Positions 1 to 18,761 of a stretch of 64,000 nt of DNA are shown here, piece by piece. Below the pieces are notes generated by a model. The model was not told the DNA's origin and did not search any database. It saw nothing but the letters and a program-made list of their open reading frames with translations. This DNA comes from Bugula neritina (lineage: Eukaryota > Animalia > Bryozoa), in NCBI GenBank assembly GCA_964035545.1, contig OZ037767.1:25312628-25376627 (forward strand), in the 5' to 3' direction. Position 1 is the first letter of the stretch; every line of letters begins with the position of its first letter. The position numbers and the translations under genes are program-made.

Positions 1-4519
<4,519 letters not shown>

Positions 4520-4837
4520 TTTTACCAAACAATCCAGCCATTCAGATAGAAATATTGAAGTATTTGAAGTATGTAGGTGTAGAAGCAGACTTTAAGTGCC
4601 AATAAACTTTTCAATACTGACTTCTTGCTTTTTATCAACATATCTTTGATTACTCTTAATTTTACTACATTATTTTTATGTTGCATCACTTTTTAAAAAA
4701 TGCTTTTGATAAAAAACTTCAGCTCTTGTCAAAGAGTCATAGTTGTTGATTTTGAATTTTGGATCAATAAATAGCAATGAATAAAATTCATGACTGTTGG
4801 AATCAAAAATCACAATGGTAATACTAGTCACTCAGAT

Positions 4838-6116
4838 TTATATTTTTTTAGATCTCGATCTATGTGATCGTCTACCCATATTAAACTCTCGATATAAATA
4901 TCGTAGTCTCTTATTTAAATCATTATTAAGCTTTGGGTGAAGTGCAGCTAATTTCTTTCCAGTCCATTTCAGTCTCCTCAATGTTCTCTCATATTCATTT
5001 CCAGCAAATCCAACAAGCCACCTGGGTCCATTGATATTTTCATAGGGCTGAATGCTGCCATCTCCAAGAATATCTACAAAAATGCATTAAAAAGACATGT
5101 GTCTTAGCATTACAAATAATGATTAGCTGTTTAGGTAATAAATTGTGTGCAGCGATTGAAATCTGAGCAATCAACTCAACAGGTCAATCTGCAAATGTGA
5201 TTTCTCTGCATTTGTATGTTTAACAACTAGCTTATAGTAGAAGAGAATAGTATTAAACTCCTTCCACAGCATGTTGCAACGTTTCACATCAATTATAGGA
5301 TTACGAAAAAATGAAAAATGGGATAACTTTGCATTAAATTTACAAAACAACATTATTTTGAAAAATTAAAATATATTCTAAGTTATAAAAAAACAACGCT
5401 ATTCTAACCTATATAATCATTTTGACCAAAGAGAGCCTTTTTTTCTGACCATGCATTTCCTGGATTATATTTCGGCAAAGTTTTAATTTCCTCATCCAGC
5501 CGCGGTAATAGGCCTGTAAGTATTTTAAAGTATGACATATGCATTCAATTAGAAAAAAACCATTATTAGGAAGTATATTAACTGAAAAAAAGATTAGTGT
5601 TGAAACCTGAGGACATGCACAAACTTGGTCTCAATTTAGCAAATTACAATTACATTTAGCAAACTTCATTTTGACATTACACCATTATATTATACAACTC
5701 TACATTTAGTAGCCAAATGATTCATACCTTACTATGATTTATAGCGTACTAGGATTTATAGTGTACTATGATTTATAGCGTATCACGGTATGAAAAATCA
5801 CTAGCTAAAATTTTGTTCCCCCAAAAGAGCTTGTTGGTCTAAGCCTCAACTATTTTCATGTGCACTTAATTTAACAAACCAATTTACCTCCGTCATACAA
5901 TTTCTGTCTGTATCCATAACGAGCTGGTTTCCGATTAGGTTGATATGGGGACGGTGTTACAAATCCCTTTGGGCTACTACTATGAGAGTTCTCATTCTGA
6001 CTCTTTGAATATAATTTTGCAGATACACAGTGCATGTTTGGAAGCTTTGTTGAAATGAAAGCACTCCTTGGGGAGACTCTTAATGCACCCAAAGCAGACT
6101 TTATACACAAAGCCAT
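4838..6116 (-). CDS. MRPL51: Mitochondrial ribosomal protein L51 (mL51), 189 aa
   Basis: Exons 6116-5888, 5513-5409, 5073-4838 with phases 1,1. Basic N-terminal presequence-like region, then [18 protein letters not shown]...[15 protein letters not shown]...[13 protein letters not shown], matching mL51 motifs. Confidence 0.93.
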
Positions 6117-7040
6117 AATGTATAGCTGACCACCAACTAGAATAGAATAAAACATGTAAAAATTATATATAAATATACCAATATAGTTATATCTATTGAG
6201 TTTACCTGCACGATAAAAATTATAGCTCTATTTTTTTAGTTTTGAAGCAATTTAAGGAAAATTATAGCTTTTGGATTTAGAATATAGATCAAGAGACAAG
6301 AATGCAACAAACAATGTGGCAGCAACTAAAATTTTAGCCTAAAATTCCATTCAAAACTTGCACATATATATTACAATTTTCATAAAAACAAAAGCTTGTG
6401 AAAGTGTAAATCAAAATTCAAGTACAAATTAAGCACAGTACTACAGTAAACAATTACAATATCAATAGTGTATGACTACAAAATGTATTACAACAATTTA
6501 TGCCAGATATAAATTATTAATAAAACATCATTCTAGGGCATTATTTGTAGTATTTGATGTTATTTCAATATTAGGTAAAATGAACAATTCTTTAAAATTT
6601 CAAACTTAAAATTTTCCAACTTTCAAGTCATACTGACACTGCAAAACATATACAACTTTTTTTTAATTGCTAAAGTCTTCATTTGTGAACAATATAAACA
6701 TTTGTTGTGGTTTTTTCTGGAGTTATTTCAGCTGAAATTAAATGAACAGACTAGAACTAAAAGCAATAAGAACAGACTGTTACATCTTAATGTCTAAATT
6801 AGCTATTTCTGCATTATCAATGAGTCTGACCTTTCAGTTATTACTAGGATTACTATTACAGATTACTAATAGTAATACTATCACTATGAGTATTACTATT
6901 AGTATCATTAATATTATATTTATATTTATGTAGTATAACTATAAGTATTACTATTAGTATTACTAATAGTAATACTTATAGTTATAGTAATAGTGACTAT
7001 CATAGTCTAATACTAATACTATTACTATTAGACTTACTCT

Positions 7041-7317
7041 TGTTGAGAAACAATCATGCGATCCTATCGCTAATCACATTCATGACAATCACGTGACAAT
7101 ATGCTAACTAATTGCTTTACTAGAATCGCTGTATACTTGTTTACCTTCTCTTCCGTTCTGTTATACAAAAACCATCGTCATGTTTTTGATTCAAATAAAT
7201 ATTTTATTACCAAATAATTAAATCAGTCAGTCAGTTTGCTCGATAAGTTAAAGCAGCAATCAATATGAATATCGTATTTCATAATAAATACTATACACGA
7301 TGGCAACACATTCAACA
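7041..7317 (+). repeat. 5' LTR
   Basis: TGTTG...CAACA; direct repeat of 10696-10972. Confidence 0.97.
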
Positions 7318-8181
7318 GGTTATGGGCCCAGTGGCTTCAAACACAGGCTTCTCTTTGATGGTGATTCAAACAATTTCTCAATTTGGGAAACAAGATTCAC
7401 TTCATACTTGTACACACAAGATGAAGGAGTACACACCGCACTTCTACCCAAAGAAGAAGGAGAAGATAACGCTGCTGACTTCAACAAAAAGAATAAGCGA
7501 GCTTACGCAGAGCTTGTACAAGTTTTAGACGAAAAGTCTCTTCAACTTGTGATGAGAGATGCCAAAGACGATGGAAGAAAAGCATTCAAAATCCTAAAAG
7601 AACACTATGCAAGTACACAAAAGCCTAGAGTATTAACTCTTTATGAACAACTAACAACTGTAAAAATGAATGATACAGAAGACATTACAGATTACCTGAT
7701 TCGTGCTGAGAACTACTCAGCAGGCCTCAAGTCTGCTGGGGAAAATATTAGTGACAATTTGGTGATCGCAATGATTATGAAAGGATTACCAACATCCTAC
7801 CAGCCTTTTGTTGTAGTACATACGCAACTTGACAAAAACCAAACCCTATCATAGTTCAAAGCAGCTCTAACCAACTTTGACCTTACTGAGTCGGCAAGGT
7901 GCTCTCAATCTACAGCCATAGTATTTAAAGGAAGAGACAATTTCAAACCCACTAGCAAACGTGATAAACAGTGCACTGCTTGTGGTAAAAGCAATCATTC
8001 TACAACAGATTGTTACTCAAAGCACAAACTATTTTGTAACTACTGCAAGAAAGCTGGACATATCGAATCAGTTTGCTGGACAAAGAAGAAGACAAGTAAA
8101 ACTGAAATTTCATCGGCAAATGCCACATATGCCTTCACTGTGAATGCATCAAACCAATGCAACATAGCCACACAAAATAAA
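7300..8181 (+). pseudogene. Copia gag (starts inside the LTR, one in-frame TAG at 7852-7854, two CCHC zinc knuckles)
   Basis: MATHSTGYGP...FDGD..NFSIWETRF. Reading past the TAG gives FKAALTNF...CTACGKSNHSTTDC...CNYCKKAGHIESVC. Confidence 0.9.
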
Positions 8182-8182
8182 T

Positions 8183-8745
8183 CTCAAAGAGGACCCTTCA
8201 GATAAATCAGCCAACATCATCATTCTTTTCTGGGTTGATGACATCCTTCTCTGTTGCCGAGACGACAACAGAATCACACAAACCAAATCTATGATGCAAC
8301 AAAAATTCAACATGGATGATAGAGGAGAATTAAGCTGGTTCTTGGGGATAGACTTCAGGAGACATGAGGATCAGTACACTATGTCACAGGAGCGCTACAT
8401 AGACACGCTGCTGAACACCTACAATATGGCAGATTGCAACCCTGTATATACTCCTGCTGAAAAGGACTTACAACTAGAAAAAGCAACAGACGACGAATAT
8501 GAGCATTCAAAGGACTACCCCTACAGACAAGTTATAGGTTCTCTCATATACCTGATGACCGCCACACGTCCAGACCTAGCATGGATCATTGGGAAGCTCT
8601 CCCAACACCTAGAAAGACCTGGACCTGCACATATTGCTGCCTTGAAAAGGCTGCTACGATACCTTAAAGGTACAAAAGGATTCAATCTGAGATTCACTCC
8701 CAATCAACAAGAACTAGTGGGCTATGTGGATGCAGATTGGGGCGG
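8183..8745 (+). pseudogene. Copia RT C-terminal half (WVDD) plus RNase H N-terminus
   Basis: IIILFWVDDILL (WVDD at 8231-8242), MDDRGELSWFLGIDF, SQERYI, YRQVIGSLIYLMTATRPDL, LVGYVDADWGG. Confidence 0.92.
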
Positions 8746-8755
8746 AGAAACCTCT

Positions 8756-9297
8756 ACACAAAGACTGGAACACACACCGGCACAAAAACCGGAACACACA
8801 CCGGCACACAGACCGGAACACACACCGGCACACAGACCGGAACACACACCGGCACACAGATCGGAACACACACCGGCACAAAGACCGGAACACACACCGG
8901 CACAAAGACCGGAACACACACCGGCACACAGACCGGAACACACACCGGCACAAAGACCGGAACACACACCGGCACAAAGACCGGAACACACACCGGCACA
9001 AAGACCGGAACACACACCGGCACAAAGACCGGAACACACACCGGCACACAGACCGTAACACACACCGGAACACACACCAGCACACAGACCGGGACACACA
9101 CCGGCACACACACCGGAACACAAACCGACACACACCTCGAAACACAAACTGGCACACGCACCGGAACACACACCGGCGCACACGCCAGAACACACACTGA
9201 CACGCACACACTGAAACACACACACTGACACGCACACACTGAAACATACACCGGCACACGCACCGTAACACGCACCGGAACACACACCGGCACACAA
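8756..9297 (+). repeat. 24-bp tandem repeat (12 copies, PEHTPA[Q/H]R) decaying into 12-bp units, inside the Copia element
   Basis: Unit ccggaacacacaccggcac(a/c)aga, in frame with the upstream RT/RH ORF until the TAA at 9056-9058. Confidence 0.95.
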
Positions 9298-9728
9298 AAC
9301 AGCAGAAATGGTACCCAGAATACCATACCACAAGAACCTGCACAAAAATGCGGAAATGACGCAATGAACGTCATACCACAAGGACCCGCACTAAACAGCA
9401 GAAATGGTACTCAGAATACCATACCACAAGAACCTGCACAAAAATGCGGAAATGACGCAATGAACGTCATACCACAAGGACCCGCACTAAACAGCAGAAA
9501 TGGTACTCAGAATACCATACCACAAGAACCTGCACAAACATGCGGAAATGACGCAATGAACGTCATACCACAAGGACCCGCACTAAACAGCAGAAATGGT
9601 ACTCAGAATACCATACCACAAGAACCTGCACACAAATGCGGAAATGACGCAATGAACGTCATGCCACAAGGACCCGCACAAAACAACAGAAATGGTACTC
9701 AGAATACCATGCCACAAGAACCTGCACC
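9298..9728 (+). repeat. 96-bp tandem repeat (about 4.5 copies, two 48-bp subunits) inside the Copia element
   Basis: ATGAACG recurs at 9364 and 9460 and onward. Each unit encodes MNVIPQGPALNSRNGTQNTIPQEPAQKCGNDA. Confidence 0.95.
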
Positions 9729-9779
9729 AGATCTGGCAAAGGCCACTGACCAATCTGGACCACAAAAATCAGAACAGAA

Positions 9780-10688
9780 ACGAAAGTGTCCTACCTACCA
9801 ACAGGACTATGACATAGAAGACACTGACTATGCTTGCTCACTGATGGCAAACATACCACAGTCCACCAAGAAGCTGTAAATTCAACAGATAGAGAAACCT
9901 AGAAAAGAGCTAAGGACAAGAAAATGAACACCCTAAATAATTCAAACACCTGGTCTATCCAGCTGCTACCCCAAGACAGGACAGAGACTAAGGGCAGATG
10001 GATTTCACACACTCAAACAGGGAAAAACCATATAAAACTAGATATGTAGCAAAAGGATACTGACAAATACAATGAGTTGACTATGACGAAACGTACAGTC
10101 CAACCACCAGATTCACATCGATCAGATTGCTGTTACAGAAAGCAGCAAAATGAAAACAAGAAGATACATCAACTAGATGTTGAAGAGGCGTACCTAAACA
10201 CGCCAATCAATAAGGAAACCTATTTACAACAGCCTGAAGAGTACGAAGAAACCAGCAACCAAGGGAAGCTTTCTTGGCGTACCAACAGATCCATATATAG
10301 GGCCTCAAACAAAGCAGACGCTATTGGCACCAAACATTTACCACTTTCCTCAAGGAACAAGGCTTCACACCTGGTACCGGAGACCCTTGTCTATACTCAA
10401 AACAGGACTCTTCAGACCTTGTGCAAAACATTCAAGATGAAACAGCATAACCCTAACACAGTTTTCACCGACAACCTTGGAGCCATTGCCCTCACTAAGG
10501 GACAACCATGAGCAAACCAGAGGAGCAAACACATTGACATTAGATTCCACATTGTCAGAGAGCAAACCACCATAGCATACCAACACATCAGAGGAGCAGA
10601 GAACCCTGCCGATGTCATGACTAAAAGCTTGCCTAAAACCAATCACAGAATTGCCCTGAAGCTACTAGCTATCGAATCACATGCTTGA
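9780..10688 (+). pseudogene. Degenerate Copia INT-RT linker and RT N-terminal half, fused to RNase H C-terminus
   Basis: Frameshifted fragments RKCPTYQQDY, KGRW, RYVAKGY, HQLDV..AYLN..I.KE.YLQQPE, SIY.GLKQ and GDPCLY, followed by VFTDNLGAIAL..QRSKHIDIRFH..NPADVMTKSL. Confidence 0.88.
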
Positions 10689-10695
10689 GGGGGCG

Positions 10696-10972
10696 TGTTG
10701 AGAAACAATCATGCGATCCTATCGCTAATCACATTCATGACAATCACGTGACAATATGCTAACTAATTGCTTTACTAGAATCGCTGTATACTTGTTTACC
10801 TTCTCTTCCGTTCTGTTATACAAAAACCATCGTCATGTTTTTGATTCAAATACATATTTTATTACCAAATAATTAAATCAGTCAGTCAGTTTGCTCGATA
10901 AGTTAAAGCAGCAATCAATATGAATATCGTATTTCATAATAAATACTATACACGATGGCAACACATTCAACA
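10696..10972 (+). repeat. 3' LTR
   Basis: Direct repeat of 7041-7317, followed by TSD ACTCT. Confidence 0.97.
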
Positions 10973-11639
10973 ACTCTTAGTATTACATTTAGCTTTACTG
11001 TATTACTATTATTATTACTATTAGTATTAAACTATTATATTTAGTGCAAGACTAGGTGTATTACTTATTATTACTGTTAGTATTACTAAGTCTAATAGTA
11101 ATAGTAATAGTACCAGTAGGCAGTATTATTAATATCATTAAGTACCATAGACATAATGATAATGATAATCACAATCATTATCATAATCATAATGATGATT
11201 AAATTTAATGATATTGATAATGATAATTAAAGCTATGACTATGAGGCATGTGTATTACTATTAGAATTAGTATCAAGTATTAGAGTAATAGTATTAATAT
11301 TACTAATAGTAATACTATTACTAATAGTAATAGTAATGGTAATACTAATAGTATTACTATAACTATTAGTATTACATTTTGATTTACTGTACAGTAAATA
11401 ATAGTGTATTGTATAACTATAAATATAAGTAAAAGTATAAGTATAACTGTATAAGATTACGTAATAATTTTAAACACTATGACTATAGACATACTTAAAA
11501 CTACTTTTAGATAGAATTAAACCATTTTCTTGACTTTGCACAACATTAAATTTAATTATAATTATGATACTCATAATCATAATGATATTGATTAACATCA
11601 ATATCAAAATGATAATGTTTTAATTTTTAACTTCAAAAG

Positions 11640-12040
11640 AAAAATGAATTACACTGCACGTGAAAGAAAATTAAAAACACAAGTCGCTAACTGTAGGCTA
11701 GAATTTTGGATAAAAAATGTATCGATAGCGTGAGAGCGCTCAAATCGTTATCATCAATGAACTTGAGAAGACATTTCTAGTTTGATTTTAGGCTATATCA
11801 AAACCCACAATAAGGTCAAAGGACATATCTTATACATCATTTGGCTCTATATAGGCATACTCGCTCGCTCATTCACCCCAACTTAGAGCTGCTTATAGAC
11901 AAATTCTACACGCATACAAATAGGTTGTTTTAGCGCCAGTGGCCTAGAGAAATTGTGAAACTTGCATTTGCACTATGACTATGAGCCGGCAGTTCTAAAT
12001 TTTGCAAGTGCACGGATCTCGCGCGTGCTGTCACGATTGT
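11640..12040. promoter_or_regulatory. Inferred bidirectional promoter for MRPL51 (-) and GAPDH (+)
   Basis: Higher-complexity, CpG-containing island. Motifs: E-box CACGTG (11657-62), DRE-like TATCGATA (11720-27), AGGTCA-A-AGGACA (11813-25), TATATA (11848-53), Inr-like TCATTC (11869-74). Candidate donors at 11924 (+) and 11652 (-). Both coding first exons are preceded by acceptor-like sequence (14384, 6137). Confidence 0.5.
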
Positions 12041-13033
12041 ACCATGATCATTCACTAACTATCATTTCACTATCATTATCATGCACTCACTATCACTATG
12101 GCCATGAACTTTCCTTCTGGTGCTAGTGTCAGTAACTGAATTTTAATCATAACCGTTAACGCCTAACAATAACGGTCTTGGTGTCCAGTTTTTTTAATTA
12201 GTTAATGTTATTGTTATACTTAACTTAAAGTTAATATAAATATAACATCAAGTTGAACTATAAGTATAAGATTTAGATTAAGTTACTAATTATTACTATT
12301 GCCAATACTATTGGTATTACTATTAGTATTACTATTAGTATTAGTTAATCACTTAATGTTAATCACCGTAAGTTTAAGTTAAATTTAATGTTATACACTT
12401 ATATTTATATGCTGAGCATTTGATTTATATGATTATGATAATAAAAAGTAATTATAAATGATAAATATAATTTCAATTTGTATATCAATATGATAATATC
12501 ATATTCATATTGAATATGAATATCATTATGATTATGACAATCATGCATACTAATAATATTACTGTAATAAATAATATTATTTATTAAATTTATTAATATT
12601 AATTAACTTAAACTCATGTTAAACTTTTACTTAATCAGTTAAACTTGAAGTAAATGATTATAATATTGATTATCATTATGATTATCCGTATCGTAATGAC
12701 CAAGTCTAATCAAGTCTAATGATTATTCACTATCACTCTAACTTTAGTCTGAGTCTGTGATCAATGTCTATCATTCTGTTTAACTAAGGGTCAGTGTGTT
12801 TACTATTAAATTTAGTAACTATTACTAATGCAATACTTGTACTTGCATAACTACACTAGTACCCTTTGATTTGTGATGCCCAATGAATGAAGTATTTATA
12901 ATAATTAATATGAAAGTTCATATACCTGTTTAAAATAAATGACTAGTAACTGAGTACTGCTAAAATGATAATTTCTGTGAATTGCAAAAGTCACATTTTC
13001 CGGTGAAAATTATAAATAAGCTTTGGTCAGCGT

Positions 13034-14184
13034 CAGGGTTGGGGTCAATTACATGTAAATGTAATTAATTACAATTACAATTACATGAAGATTTGTCAAT
13101 TACAATTACAATTATAATTACAGTTAAAAATAAATGTAATTAATTACAATTACAATTACCTGGCAATGTAATTAATTACAATTACAATTACTTTTGTTCT
13201 CACAAGAAATAAATAGAAGTCACTTCTAGGGTCTAACTACCAGGGGCAGTGTTGACAGTGGTGAACCTCTTTTATTTTCTACAGTGATACTATAGGGTCA
13301 TTCCATACCAAATCAACCAACTTTCAAGGGGTCCCACGTCTTTGTGTCTCAGATTTTGCTCATATTTACACTAAATGGACCTACACATGTTCAGATTACC
13401 ATTCGTGAATATTTCTGGCCGGACACAAAAACATTTTGAGAAATTACTACTTTGGTGAACAAAGGTTGGAAAATATTTGGAGGAAAATTTGTGATTTATA
13501 CTTTTAGACCAATTTATAAGTAATTTAAAATTTGATTAGGCGAGTATTTAAAATTTTTCAAAATTTACAAAGATTTGTTCATATTCAATGACTTTGCATA
13601 TATGCACACAAAGTATTCTGTAGTATGTGTTGCTACTAGTGCAAATTGATAGGTATTATCAAATCACACAGCAAATTTTAAAGCTCAGTCTAGAAAAATG
13701 ATTGAGATATAGACGTTTATAGATTAGTCTGAAAGTAGAAATCACAAATTTTCCTCAAAATGTTTTTCAACCTTTGTCTACAAAAGTAGTCAGTTCTCAA
13801 AAGAAATTTGTGTCAGGTCAGAAATACTGAAGAAGAGTACTTGAGGCACGTGTAGGTCTATTTGGTGTAAACATGAACAAAATCGGAGATGCAAATAGAC
13901 GCGAGCAATTCGGTGAGTTAGCATGGAATGACCCTATGCTATATTGACCTAACTATCTGAACTTGTTATTTAACAGTAGGCATTGTAGAAAAAGAAGGAG
14001 TTTTTTAAGATTTAAAAGTTTGAAGTAATTGACATGTAATTATAAAGTAATTGTAAAAATCAATTACATTAGATATGTAATTAATTACAATTACAATTAC
14101 ATTTTTAAACCTCAATTACAAATTACATTCAATTACTTGAAAAAATGTAATTAATTACAGCCAATTACAATTACCCCAACCCTG
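13034..14184. mobile_element. Non-autonomous hAT DNA transposon
   Basis: Termini CAGGGTTGGGGT...ACCCCAACCCTG with a perfect 8-bp TSD GTCAGCGT (13026-33, 14185-92). Subterminal (AATTAC)n arrays at both ends. Confidence 0.93.
13294..13935. mobile_element. MITE with long imperfect TIRs nested inside the hAT element
   Basis: Termini AGGGTCATTCCAT...ATGGAATGACCCT. The arms pair imperfectly over more than 200 bp. Flanks fit a 2-bp TA or AT TSD. Superfamily not assigned. Confidence 0.85.
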
Positions 14185-14424
14185 GTCAGCGTCAATATCA
14201 ATATGGTAATCTTTCAAAAATATTTGCTAATTATGTTTCCAACTTGTGGAAAAGTAAGAATGGAAAATTACGCTCTTTTGATTGTAGTTCAGCGATTTTC
14301 TACTATACAAAAATCTGGACAACGGAAAACTTTGTATTTTGCAATATTGCTTCCACCCTAGTTATTTCTAATATGTTTATTTAGGTTCAGCCTTCTTCAC
14401 CTAATCTGAATATTTAAAGCTACA

Positions 14425-18761
<4,337 letters not shown>

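Larger units (their letters stand above)
7041..10972 (+). mobile_element. Ty1/Copia LTR retrotransposon, defective and internally rearranged
   Basis: 277-bp TG...CA LTRs at 7041-7317 and 10696-10972 with 1 mismatch seen. 5-bp TSD ACTCT at 7036-7040 and 10973-10977. Copia-type PBS GGTTATGGGCCCAG at 7318-7331. PPT tgagggggcg at 10686-10695. Gag, RT and RNase H fragments are present. Confidence 0.97.

Noticed and set aside
7852-7854. Programmed stop-codon readthrough in gag
   Set aside because: The stop lies mid-gag before the zinc knuckles, not at a gag-pol or env boundary. A nonsense mutation is simpler.
8714-9381. Multiple overlapping Cys/Val/His-rich ORFs
   Set aside because: Alternative frames of a stop-poor 24-bp tandem repeat.
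12926-13005. MRPL51 non-coding first exon with an ETS-like CCGGAA motif
   Set aside because: A donor-like site exists, but the 11.64-12.04 kb island explains both genes and both low-complexity flanks better. Not fully excluded.
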